Assembly (NCBI GenBank): GCA_044892525.1
Contig: CM097885.1
Span: 10,542,001 to 10,606,000, forward strand
Direction: 5' to 3'
From: Schmidtea polychroa
Taxonomy: Eukaryota
Length of the DNA stretch: 64,000 bases
Below the pieces are notes generated by a model that worked only from the letters and a program-made list of their open reading frames with translations, was not told the origin of the DNA and searched no databases. The position numbers and the translations under genes are program-made. Numbering within the stretch: the first letter of the stretch is position 1; every line of letters starts with the position of its first letter. Shown here piece after piece: positions 30,625-43,199 of this stretch.

Positions 30625-31170
30625 ATAATAAAAGTTTGTGTGCACATCAATTAGATGACTCATTTATTTTTAACATTAAGTTTCTGAAATTTCTGAAATA
30701 ATGAATTATTTTTGGAATTATTACAATTTGTAATTAATAATTAAAAAATTTTAAATTTTAATTAATTTTTATCATTCTCTAAATATCTCTCTTTTACAGT
30801 ATTATAAGAAAAATCGGTAAAAAAACCAAATAAATTTTATATTAGGCATTTTTAATTAATTTCTCCAAATTCTCACTTATAGATTAAACCGAATTTTCGT
30901 TATTCCTAATAAGCTTTCAAAATGAAAGTAGTCTTTTCTCGACAACCTTTAATTAAGTCCTCAAAATTACATACAACATATTTATCCGTACTTTTTCAAA
31001 TAAATATTATGAAATTCATTTTTTTAATGTTTTAAAATGGCATTATTTCTTGTAATTGAAAGTTTGTATGCATATTTTACTATGTGTTTTCTGTTTGTGT
31101 GTTTCATTTATCATTTCTACCATTTTTCAATTTCAGTAATAAATAATACAATTCTATGTAATAGCAAAAG
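30625..31170 (-). mobile_element. Diverged inverted partial copy of MITE family A
   Basis: GTGTGCACATCAATTAGATGACTCATT and GTATGCATATTTTACTATGTGTTTT match the reverse complement of segments of 11277-12233. Confidence 0.6.
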
Positions 31171-32110
31171 TAAATACCCTATGAAATACCTAAGAAATAA
31201 CTTCTAAGTTTCTGTCACCTTTCTAACATTTTTGTCATGTTCAATAACTAAGATATTAAATGTTAATATGACCAATATCAGAAATATATGAGCTAGTCCC
31301 GTCTAAATAAAATTATAATCCGTTTTTATTATCATTTTTATTGTCAAATATTGAAAGATAGTAAAAAGGACACATATTAAAGGTGAATAAAAAGATAAAT
31401 GATTGTTATAGCAAATTTTATAAATGTTTTGTGTAAATATTTAATATATCAAATAAATTAATTTAATCAAATTTTATATATATTATTTATTAAAATATCC
31501 AAAATATAAAATCTTAAATGCTTTCGAAGAGGCTTTACAATTAAAATGAGTAAAATAATTTTTATTTTTTATTTAAAAATATTTTCTTAGAAAATCAAAC
31601 TAATAATGAAATAGTAAATAAAAAGCAGAAACATAATAAAAATTGAAAACATAAAAGAAATTACAAATGATAAAATTCCACTCGTCTAATATAATTAATT
31701 TTTCATTGTAAACCTGACTGATTTTACGATAAGATAAAATCGTTTTGTTTAAATCAAATTAAATGGTTTAAACAAGAAAAGAAACACATAAAATTAAAAC
31801 AATAATATAAAAGATAATAGAACCTCATTGAAAAGAATCGATTATAAATCATCGTTTCCGACCGAAATCTTGACTTTTTAATCATTTCCGATTTTAATAG
31901 TTTGTTTGAATGATTGCATCATTGATATGATGTCGAGGAACTTCGAGATTCTTTTAATTTCAATGATGGAAATTCTAATTAATAAATTATTGATTATACA
32001 ATGAAAGACCATTTTAATTTATTTAAACGGCATTGATAGGTTAATTAATAAATTTATGGTGATTAAATTAGTAAATCATATAAAAAGTTTCAAATAAAGT
32101 TTTTTAAATG

Positions 32111-32112
<2 letters not shown>

Positions 32113-32176
<64 letters not shown>

Positions 32177-32177
32177 T
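32113..32177. repeat. (AAT)n microsatellite abutting the 3' end of Penelope copy 2
   Basis: Perfect array. Confidence 0.99.
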
Positions 32178-32199
32178 TAGTAATTATTCAATTTAACAA

Positions 32200-33990
32200 C
32201 AACAATCAATACATACAATATATAAAAAACTATTTAAACACATTTAAAATACAAGTATTCACTGCATTTTGCATATTAATATTTGGATTGAATGACTTTA
32301 TCAACAACGCCTCACAAATTACACGTTCCCAATAATATCGAAATTCTTTAATAAAATTTTAAAATCAGACATACCTATTTTACTGTTACACCCCTTATTG
32401 TGCTCACTAATGTTGGTCAATGCTTTCGGTCTATAATGTAAACTGATTTACTGATCTAAACTGATCTACTTGTAAACTGATAAACAAAATCAGAATACGA
32501 TTCCACCGGAGTTTTAGATTTATTAATAAACATACTGCGTACTTTCCATGAAGTTGACACTATCCTATAGTTTAAATTCCTTTACTGCATTCTTATCTTC
32601 ACTTTATAATCCTTAAAACCTTCTGAGTACGGCAATACTAGCACAAATTATGGCTCATCATTCTTGCTCACACTATTTAATTTATTTAACTCATCAGACT
32701 CACACGCCTCAACAAAATCACACCCAAATTTTCTCAGACATGAATCCTTAGATTTTTAATAAATTTGCCAACAGTCTCTTTTACCATTATTAATAAAAAG
32801 GATTTTGAATAACCATTCTTCATTAACAATTCAACCAATTTTTCAACACTTTTTACTGAATTTTCTAATGTAGAAGACAAAGACCATGAACGATAAATCA
32901 ACCCCTTCACCATATTTCTTTTATACTTGAATTCACAAGAACTTTCGGATGAAGTATAGAGACCAGTATCAGTTGGTTTTCTATAAATCTCTGTCTCGTA
33001 GTGTTTCTCTTTGCGTTGTATTAACAGATCCAAGAAAGCAAGTGATGATTTTTTTTACTCCGTTTCACATGTGAATACACCAAACACCACTGAGAACCGT
33101 TTCCTATAATATAACATAAAAATCAATAATCTTACATTATAGAAACATACATACTTACTTTGATTTCACGTTGATGTTTTCATTTATAGCTCAATGAAAT
33201 ACATCTTATACTATAGAAATCTGAAAAGTGGAAGAAAAATTAAAAACTGAACACAAACGCAACACATATTAAAAAAAACATACAAACTTTTGATTCGTAG
33301 AAATGTAACGATGAGATACGTTTCTATAATAACTTTATTTTAGACAATTTTTAGAAAAAAAAGATCGTTGAAAATTTTTAAAATTATATTTTTAATGAAA
33401 ATATCAAGAGCAGATGAATTGGTTTCAATATCTTTCCAGATTTGATTTCCTTAAAGAATCCCCCATATTGAGCTCAGAAAAAAAATTACAAAAATTATTC
33501 TAATCAGCGGTTTTTCCCAAAATGTTTTAAAAAAATACATATTTTATGTGATTTATTTATTTCATTAATTATAATTAAAATCATATCTGACTCACGTTTT
33601 TTCGAAATAATTCCAAAATACTTTAATAAAAGACAAAATTCCTAAAAAAGCCTGAAAATTAATTAAAAATAATTTTTAATTATATTGTTGTTTAAAAGTA
33701 ATATTTAAGAACTTGAATAATGATCTCATATCCATATGGATCAAAAAATGTCTTAAAATTTACTTTAAATAAAAAAAATTACTTGTAAGCCATTTGTAAA
33801 ATGGCTAAAATAAATTTCCAAAAAACAAAATTGAATAGCAATGCTTGATTTGCTGATGATGATGATTTACAATTGGTAAATAAATTGGTGAGTGATTTTA
33901 CACGCCAACCACCACTATAGAGAACGTATCTCAGTGGTGTTTGGTGTACAATGCTTTTATGTAGACTATTCATATTATGCAAATACGTCT
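32200..33990 (-). mobile_element. Penelope-like retroelement copy 2 (5'-truncated), split by a MITE
   Basis: Very similar to 27345-28257. The reading HNMNSLHKSIV|FTCETE resumes across the insert at 33078-33946. Confidence 0.92.
33078..33946. mobile_element. Tc1/mariner-type MITE family B inserted into the Penelope RT
   Basis: TA|CACCAAACACCACTGAGA...TCTCAGTGGTGTTTGGTG|TA. The empty site GTGAATACAATG is visible in copy 1 at ~28249-28260. Confidence 0.93.
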
Positions 33991-34146
33991 CAACACACCT
34001 CTGATTTTCAAATATTTGATTAATTTTGACATCACAAAGTATATCAAAACAGTTCTTATATTAAAAATTAAATATTAAAATTGAAAACAAGCAACCAATA
34101 GTTAATTAATATTATTTTTGTCATTTAATTGTTATAAAATTTTCTA

Positions 34147-34290
34147 CATACACGCACCCCGATTGTTCCGCCACATTTTTTAACGATGACTCTATCGGGT
34201 CCTCCAGATCTCTTTAACATACAATCATACATCACACAAACAATATAATACAAATAGTTAAGAATACACCACCGAAAGTTACAACAGTTA
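34147..34290 (+). repeat. Dispersed repeat; inverted copy at ~53600-53742
   Basis: CATACACGCACCCCGATTG...GCCACATTTTT versus AAAAATGTGGCG...CAATCGGGATGCGTGTATG. Confidence 0.75.
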
Positions 34291-34469
34291 TGATTTAATT
34301 AGTTAATAAAATAATCTCAATCAATTCATTGCTTATTGAATGTTAATTGTGGAGAATTGTGATTTAATCACCATTGCCTCATATAAAATTCTTTCCCACT
34401 CATTATTAAAGTTGTTAAAGGTTTTTAATGATTTTAATGATTTTTTTCTATACTCAATAATATGACTCA

Positions 34470-35060
34470 CGTCTTTCAATCAGCTATGTCCCTGAACCCA
34501 CGTACAGAGATGGCGGCAAGTCCATTCAATCTATGTGGCATTGCGCTCATTGCATGCAAACTTATACACTAGATCAGAAACTAAATTTATTTAGGTGTTA
34601 TATTTATGTATAAACATATTTAATGATTTTAAAGATTTTGACACTATTTTAAATATATTGGATTTGCCTAAAGATTTTAAGACAGAAAAATTAAATTTTT
34701 TAAAATCTGTTGAATATGAAATAACTAAAACTTAAGACTTTTTCATCATTAAATTAAGTGCAATTTTCATCAGGCGCAATCAAAAGGCGATCAATTTGTT
34801 TCATTAGTCCATCTTTCTACAAAACCCTTTAATTTGCCATTTTTATTCAAATGAGAAAGGAGCTTATGTATACTTTTCCTATATTTTTCAAATATAGAAG
34901 ATCTAAAAATCTAATCATTAATCATATTTTTAATATATTTAAAGTCACAAAAGCTAATAGAGATAATTTATAAGCCTAAATCCGTTGAATTCCTATATAT
35001 TTCTTTCTCAAAACCATTAACCGCTCTTTCCAATAACAAATGTTAAAACGGAAGAAAAGA
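34470..35060 (-). mobile_element. Old Penelope-like RT C-terminus and GIY-YIG fragment
   Basis: The minus strand gives FEKEIYRNSTDLGL and SDLVYKFACNERNAT.IEWTCRHLC, with stops. Confidence 0.75.
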
Positions 35061-35280
35061 AAATTATATTTATAAAAATATGCAGACAAATTCTGGTTAT
35101 AAAATTAAAAAAAATTTTTTTTCAAAAATATCAAAGACGCTTTCACTGAAAGAAATAAAATAATAATTATAATTTAATGAATATTTATTTATTTAATGAA
35201 AATATTTATTAAATTAACATGAATTTCAATCTAGTCCTTTCAAAGAATTTAAATTTCATTGACATCAAAAAATTAGGGAA

Positions 35281-35569
<289 letters not shown>

Positions 35570-35621
35570 TAAAACAATAAAATGATAATTTAAGCCTTTT
35601 GCTGCAAATAATGTATTTAAT

Positions 35622-35660
35622 GAAAGAATTTTCGACTATACGATAGTCCTTGTCAATCTC
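35622..35660 (-). ncRNA. Hammerhead-like motif, U3-A8 variant (left arm)
   Basis: Reverse complement of 35946-35984. Confidence 0.6.
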
Positions 35661-35945
35661 CTGGAATTTAGCAATGTTCTTCTTCAAAATACCCTTCAAT
35701 CTTTCTTTTATTTCCTTTCTCTTATTTCTCATTGGTTGTAAATATAATGAATTGTTTTACTAAAAACTTTTAAATTTTTTTTTTTTTTTTTTAAAAAATA
35801 AAAAAATTTTAAAAGTTTTAAAAAAAAAAAAAAAAAAAGTTTTTAGTAAAACAATTCATTATATTTACAACCAATGAGAATTAAGAGAAAGGAAATAAAA
35901 GAAAGATTGAAGGGTATTTTGAAGAAGAACATTGCTAAATTCCAG

Positions 35946-35984
35946 GAGATTGACAAGGACTATCGTATAGTCGAAAATTCTTTC
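35946..35984 (+). ncRNA. Minimal hammerhead-like ribozyme motif, U3-A8 variant
   Basis: GAGA-UUGACAA-G-GACUAU-CGU-AUAGUC-GAAA-AUUC-UUUC: 6-bp stem II, GAAA, palindromic AAUU stem III, stem I GAGA/UUUC. Confidence 0.65.
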
Positions 35985-36072
35985 ATTAAATACATTATTT
36001 GCAGCAAAAGGCTTAAATTATCATTTTATTGTTTTAAATAATAAATGCTGCTACCAAGCAATCATCATTTTA

Positions 36073-36115
<43 letters not shown>

Positions 36116-36900
36116 TTTTGTAATAATAAAAAACTAAATTAATATTTCTTTGCATAAAAATTCAAAAAAGTTTATTAGAATTTTTCCGATCTAATTGAAA
36201 GCGGGATAATTAAATTTTTTATAATAATGAAAACACTAAGAAAAAGGTTATATACTTAAAGCTGTGGTAAAAAATTTAATTAAATTACGAGAAAATTTAT
36301 TTTTATCCAATTTAATGTCATTAGGAATTTTGTGACGACAAATAAGAGTTCAAATATTGCAATAAATTGTAATGAACTATTATTTATATATTTAATCTTT
36401 ATACAATTTTTAGCTTATTTTATATTTTAAATATAACCAAAATGTATTTATTTCATGGTGTATTAAAGGAATTTAGAGATTTCAATAATTTTTGGTGTTT
36501 TTAAGTAGTTATAATTATTCATAATTGTTTGTTATAATTAATTGTTATTTATAATAATTATAAAATAATTAGTTCTTTATTAAAACAATAACTAAAATAT
36601 TTACTCAGCGTGAAATGAATAAAATAAATTCTACAATTTAATAAAATTTATTTACTAAATTTTCACTTCATCTTTTTCGAAAACTTTTTTTTTCATTTTT
36701 TTTTAATTGTCAAATTTTATAATTTGAATAATTTCCTCACCTCTCTATTTTTATATTCAATTTCTGATTTTCCTTTATTTTTTCTTTATAATCCTATTTG
36801 GTAACTGATGTAATTTATATAATCGCCAATCTTGGCCCTTTTCACTGAAAAGACTTGTAAAGGCCATATTGGAATTGAAATTAATTTCTAAATATAAAAC

Positions 36901-37329
36901 TGCAGTAAAATATTAGGTAATACTTAAGTTTTGGGGGGGGGCTGAATTCAATTTGCCAATTACAATTAATTGGTAAATATATCAAATCAGTAATATTTCC
37001 ATGATCCAGCAGATGATGATTATTTTCGATGATGTGGTTAAATTATTTAATAAATGCATTGATTTCATTGCCTTGAATATTTTTAGCAGTACACTGGTGA
37101 CCATTATCTTTGCTAGCAATACCCATAGGGGGACAGAATATTTTGTCGGATAAACTCAGACTATATATAATAATAATAATATTACTATCATGCTTTATTT
37201 CTTTTGGTTGTTAATGATTCTAGTCAATATATTTATCAATATATTTATCAATTAATTGTAATTGGCAAATTGAATTCAGCCCCCCCCCCCCCCAAAAAAA
37301 CTTAAGTATTACCAAATATTATGACAGCA
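36901..37329. mobile_element. MITE or fold-back element with ~75-bp TIRs containing G/C runs
   Basis: GGTAATACTTAAGTTTTGGGG...GCTGAATTCAATTTGCCAATTACAATTAATTG is inverted at 37249-37313. Confidence 0.8.
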
Positions 37330-38947
37330 AATGTATTTTTTAAATATTACACCTAATAATAAATAGAAGTTATTAAAAAATTACCTGATCAAATTGAATA
37401 AATCATGAAACATTCGATAGGATAATGTTTTTTTTGAAAAGATTTGTAAAGGTTTTGTTTAATTAATCATATGAGAATGTTGCCAAATAAAGAAGTTGAT
37501 TAAATCCAAATACTTGAACCAAACTTTGGAATTTTTAACTTTTCACGGTGAAAGAGTATCATATCATTAAGAACTAAAATAAAGACAACAAAAATATTGA
37601 AGCTTTATATGGGTTTGTTTGACTGAGTTGTTTTAATAGGCTTTGTAATAATCCGATATTTTCCCATAAATAATAAAAGTTTAAAGAAAAGACTTTTTAA
37701 CTGCATTAATTTTTGCTAGCTTTATATTAGCTACTAAGATTATAGGCAACCTAAACTCTAGCTTCCATTATTTCTAAAGATAGTGAACTAAATATGCTCA
37801 TATTCTCCACTATTTGATATATCTCAATTTTGCTAATATGCCATTAACCCCTTTTAATATAATTTTCATTAATTCATCAAAATTGTATTTCACATAAGAT
37901 TTATCGTCAACTAAGTATGACAAAATGATTATGCAAGAATAGGCTTGTCTACAAATATATGATCGTGCAGTACTGAAATCCCAGATACCAATACATTTGT
38001 AAGCATTTAATACATTTTAGTATATATTCCTACAGGATTGAAAGGGCTAAATTGGATTTATTCTTCTGTCACATAGACTCCAAATATTTATGTTACCATA
38101 ACATGATGAATTAAACCTACTTTTAAACAAGACATTTTAAAGACTTCATAAAAGAATTTTTCATTGGAAGTGTCAAAAATGGTGGTATGTATAATTTACT
38201 AATTGACAAAAATGAGGTTTAGTAACATTTTTAGAACAACAAATTAACTATAAGGGAAAACATTTATAATTCAAACAAATAATTTTAATTAATTTCAATG
38301 CCGCTATCAAACCCGTGAGGTGCCTGAAAGTTTATTGAAATTTAATTGCTATTTAATTTTGACATTTATTTTTATTGAAATAATTTGAGTTTCAATTTTG
38401 ACAAACAGCTAATTATATTTACTTTATATAATAAATATTTTGTTTACATTTATTTTTCAAGTTTGTTTGGTTGTTTTCTCTATTTCAGATAAACAAATAT
38501 TGTGACAATAATAAATAAAATTTAAATTTAAAAAATTATTATTTAAGATTAACTAAAAAAATTGTTATTGAATCGATAGTGTATTTTCCATGTATGCATC
38601 CAATCAGAGTGTGCCGTCATGTGTGTGTTGTGTGTGCATGCCGCTATCGAAAAAGCACAGCCGAAAATTCGTAAATATCAAAAACATCGATATATTGACT
38701 GACTCATAGCTTTTTAATGAATGCTATGTTTCTGCCTTGGTTCGATTTATTGGACTAAAATTTAGTTTGAAATTGCTTTATTTGGATTAAATTTTTGATT
38801 TGTTTTAATAGGGTAGAATTTTAAATATTTTCTATGGTTTTGTTTTTGGAATATTTGGTCTGTTTCAGTCGATAAGTTATTGATTTATGAAAATGAAGTC
38901 AAATGGATCAAATTGCGTAATAATCACCGAATTATGAGCAATTATTA

Positions 38948-40378
38948 TCAGTCACTTTTGGAAAATATGTTGAAATGGAATTTCAACAATGAACCAGCCT
39001 TTCTTTTTAGAATGGCTTGAACATCTCCATGGAGTCCAGATATTCTGGCAGCATTATCATAACCTTGAGCTCTGCACATCATTATGTCAAATCCATCACT
39101 TTCTAGATTTTCTAAATTGGTTGAACTGAGGTCATCAGCTTTTTTCCTCTTTAAAGGGAAAAATCTTAGAAACACTTCTCTCACTTCAACATTTCCATTG
39201 TATATTTTCACATATCTGATCACCTCAGACATCTGGTCAGTGTGTGACATATCAGGTGTGCTGTCAGACATAATTCCAAAATACCTCGCGGCCTTTATAT
39301 CATTGATAAAAATCTCCTTCACATGATTTTCCAGGACACTTTTAAATTCATTCTGAGTTTCTGGTGAAAGGTAAGATACGGATGCTTTTACTGTGCATCT
39401 CGTATGCTTCAATCTCATTATGTGCTCTTTCAACATAGTGCCATATTTATAAAGCATCTTAACCATCTCAAGAAAGTTTCCTTTATTCAATGAAGATTCA
39501 TTTTCTTTATGGTCACGAAATGCCAGATTTCGTTTCGCAAGAAACATTGTTATATCAAGCAACCTGTGCAAGATATCCCTCCATTTCTTTTTTCTCTTGT
39601 CCATTACAGCAACACTTTCGGCATCAATTGTTTTGTGCAGCTTTAGACCTGCTGCCAATGTTTTATATTTTTCAAGACAACATAGATAGTCATCCGATAT
39701 CTCATGATCATGCAATTTTGTGCTCAGCTTACACTACTTCTGAAACCCGGTGACAAATTTGGATGATTTTTCCGTTATATTAACTGCAAAAAGTCTGTAG
39801 CAAAAGTAGTATAATCACTGACGAGCGAGTAAACCATCCGCAGTATTTTCTCACCAATTGACAACGTCTTGTAAAACCATTTTTTTGACAGCTGGCGCAC
39901 ATCTCCTTTAGTTTTTGCACCTTGCCTTGTCACATCACAGAAAAGCTCATCCTTGTTCTTAAAAGAATAACTTCCTTTTGTGACAATTTCAACTCGAAAA
40001 CTATCTGGAACTGGTACATTCCAGAAAGAAGCATCAGATAAAAGATTCCAATTTTTCTCATTAATTTGACTCAGCACATTTAAAATATCATAGCTACAAA
40101 ACATTTCCAGAATTCATTTCTGTTTCAACTTCACCCACTGTTATTTCATTTATGTCTGAATCGATCACCTCTATTTTCGGCTCTAGTTTCTCTTTTGAAG
40201 AATCAGTTTCAATTGTAAATTGTGGAACGTCTTTTGATGAACCTCGGCCATCACTTGGTCTCTTGACATATTGAAGCATGAAACCCTGTTGTGATTTTAG
40301 TGATTCACATCTTTTCTTGTTTTCTTTTTGCTGCTCACATCTACTAGACCTCTTTGATTTGTGCACTCCATGTGGCAT
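38948..40378 (-). mobile_element. hAT transposase pseudogene (ZMYM1/ZNF862, DUF4371, Tip100-like), 3'-truncated
   Basis: Three frameshifted ORFs. Motifs: LAFRDH...NKGNFLEMV, YLSPETQNEF, ARYFGIMSDSTPDMSHTDQMSEVIRYV, CRAQGYDNAA. GGTGTCACCC subterminal repeats at ~40904-40930. Confidence 0.93.
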
Positions 40379-40438
40379 GATATAATATTCTTAAATAATA
40401 AATATATAATAAATTAGGGACTTAAAAATATAAAACTA

Positions 40439-40444
<6 letters not shown>

Positions 40445-40516
<72 letters not shown>
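40445..40516. repeat. (TA)n microsatellite
   Basis: Perfect array. Confidence 0.99.
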
Positions 40517-40521
<5 letters not shown>

Positions 40522-40972
40522 ACATATAAAATCTATATCAATATTTATAATCAACATTATTTATTCATTAGGTAATAAATGTTAGGTAATAAAAAGGTAA
40601 TAAAAGTTATTTATCTTTCTATTTCCATCTTTCTAATTAAAAAATAAAAATAAATATTTTTTTTCGGACAGATAGAAAAACATGTGCATATCATCATTAT
40701 TATTTTATTGTAGTAGAAAACTACTAGTAGTAATACGTACTTTTTGAGTGGAAGACTGTCGCTGTTTTTATCTTTAAAATTTATGTCCTGTCCTAATTTC
40801 CTTTAAATATTATGCATACCGTAACTATGTTAGAGATATTGATAAAATTTTAAAATTTCACAAAAATAAATGTTTTTTCATTTTGGTGACAAATTGAGAA
40901 ATTGGTGTCACCCCTTGATGGTGTCACCCAGTGTGACTCTCTTGGAACCAGATGTTTTTTTGGAATGTTTTT

Positions 40973-41191
40973 GATATAGTTTGTACTATAGAACTCACAA
41001 GTAAATCTGTTACAGTTCTTCACAAAATGATTTTTGCTGGAATGAACGTTGCTCGTTTAAATCTTAATCAATGAAGTTATGAATATCATGAAGAAACAAT
41101 TCATTTGATGAGAGAAGCAGTTAATGTACTTTGATCGTATTTCAGAACAATTGCTATAACCCTTAACGCAAAAGATACAGAAATAAGAACA
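40973..41191 (+). pseudogene. PK: Pyruvate kinase N-terminal fragment
   Basis: DIVCTIELTSKSVTVLHKMIFAGMNVARLNLNQ*SYEYHEETIHLMREAV...RTIAITLNAKDTEIRT matches the PK motifs IICTIG..GMNVARLNFSHG..YH..DTKGPEIRT; two in-frame stops. Confidence 0.92.
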
Positions 41192-41399
41192 CACATTTCA
41201 CGATTTATTTCGGCAGTTTTCTTCGTATATTCATGTATGATAGAAAAAACTATAGATATTATAGATTTATTAAACGTTAAAAATCATTTTTATTAACCAT
41301 AATTAACCATAAATATTTTATTTATTAACAAACAGTTTAATTTAAGCACCCAATCAATAAAAAATAAAAATATTTAACAAAAAATTACTTAATTAACCA

Positions 41400-41720
41400 T
41401 TACATACATTTGAGAACAACAATCCATATGTACTCAGTTTACAATCCAAACTATTTAAAACCATTCAAAACACAAGTGTTCACAGCATTTTGCACATTTA
41501 TCTACTCGGTGATCTAATCAAAAAAGCGTACACGTTACTAATAGTTAGTAATATCATTTACTAAAATTTTAAAATCAGTCATGCCATTTAACGAGATCAG
41601 AACATAATTCAACAGGAGTTTTCCATTTACTAATAATCATATTGTGTACTTTGCACGATTTAATTACAATCCTATTATTTAAATTACCTAACTACCTACG
41701 CTATTCCTTCAATTACTGTT
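41400..41720 (-). mobile_element. Penelope-like 3' fragments
   Basis: Similar to 27360-27780 (TTCACAGCATTTTGCACA; ACGAGATCAGAACATAATTC). Confidence 0.7.
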
Positions 41721-42538
41721 CTTATTTATATAAATTGGTTGTCATCAATCATCATAGTTATTTGAAACTTCTCAAACCCAACTAGCAATTGTTGGATCAA
41801 TCCCCTTTAAAATGACTTACTCAACTAGTCAACATATGACATCCGTGATATTTCCAATGATTTATGGGTTTTCTTTGAATAATAAATGAGATTAATTAAT
41901 TAATTAATTAATTTCTTTTTCGTAGTATTCACTCCTAAGAATCTCCCTTCATTTTAAAATTATTTTATTCTTCTTGAAATTGTAATTTGCCAACTTCCGT
42001 TTTTTCAATGTTTTATTATCTTTTTATTAATTTTTGCCAATTTCTATTTTCCATTTATTTTATGCATTTTGTGTAACCTTTACGTTTACAGCCGATAATA
42101 TCGGTGAATATATATGTTTTTGAATCTAATATGCTTTGTGTATAATATAATACATAGTTTATAAAATTTGTAACGAATTTATTGAAAGGAAGAACAGCAG
42201 AACACAAAATATAAAACACTCAGTTACAAAGGACTCCTCACAGACCTTGGATGATACCATGAAAGGATTGTTTGTATTTTCAACACTATATTTATGTGAA
42301 CTAATTTTGTCAACTATAATCCTAATAAAATAATGATAACTCAAATGTTCTTAGAATTTCTTGATCAAGAACTTAGAATTTTTCTACATATAAAACCTTT
42401 GTGTTCACTGAAGCATAACATTTATTCAATTAGTTATTCGAAACAATTCAACAAATAATTTTATAAATAAATAAATTTAATTGTTATTCAAACTAAATCA
42501 ATCTAAATTGCTATTTTTCAAACAAACTAATTCATTAA

Positions 42539-42802
42539 TGTCGAAATGATGCCAATGCTGCTATTTGAAACAAACGTTATGGAATTGCGCTCAATCAATA
42601 TTTACTAAGATTTGATATATAATATGCTATGCCGTTAGTGAGTGATGACGAAGAGAAAATTCGATGAGGTTATGTTGTGAAATTATATTTGAATATGACT
42701 CATTGTGATTTGAAATTAAACCGGGGATCATCTGCAATCAAATGTTGCAATACAGCGCATGCTAAGCAGTCGGTGAATGCAAAAGCCATTTATCGAAAAG
42801 GA
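42539..42802 (+). pseudogene. TPR-domain fragment (FKBP4/FKBP6-type co-chaperone-like)
   Basis: CRNDANAAI*NKRYGIALNQY...DDEEKIR*GYVVKLYLNMTHCDLKLNRGSSAIKCCNTAHAKQSVNAKAIYRKG contains the TPR signatures LYLN..C.LKL and NAKA.YRKG; three stops. Confidence 0.7.
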
Positions 42803-42819
42803 ACTGAAAGGGTCTGACG

Positions 42820-42927
42820 GTTATTGGAGAATTTGAAGCTGGTATTTGAAAAAATGGTCAAACTCGAGAGCATGCTTTGTTGGCTTATACAGCTGGAGTC
42901 AAGCGAATGATAGTTGATGTAAATAAA
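42820..42927 (+). pseudogene. eEF1A: Elongation factor 1-alpha fragment
   Basis: [34 protein letters not shown] versus the eEF1A signature [34 protein letters not shown]. Confidence 0.95.
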
Positions 42928-43199
42928 ACCCTGATTCAGACTTCATTTTGATTTGATTTGTTCACTTATAATTAAATCGATGCCATTATTTATAGATTGT
43001 TATAATTAATTGTTATTGTTTACTTTTTACATAATATTTTAATTTGTGAATGCAATGTACCTCAGGATCAATGTAATGGCTGGAGTTAAAAGGTTATGAT
43101 GTTCTGTTTCGGACCTCTTAACAATCATAATATCTTCTTACTGCTAAAATAAAATCTATTTGAATATATGAAAATAAATTTAATAATTTTGTTTTTCAG

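Noticed and set aside
35873..36040. Short open frame MRIKRKEIKERLKG...CFK in the fold-back arm
   Set aside because: About 55 codons with no recognisable domain, and not preserved in diverged copies; the RNA-structure reading is better supported.
37500..38250. Possible LINE RT remnant (KYLGV-like), and similarly at 10250-10730
   Set aside because: Too degenerate to support without a search.
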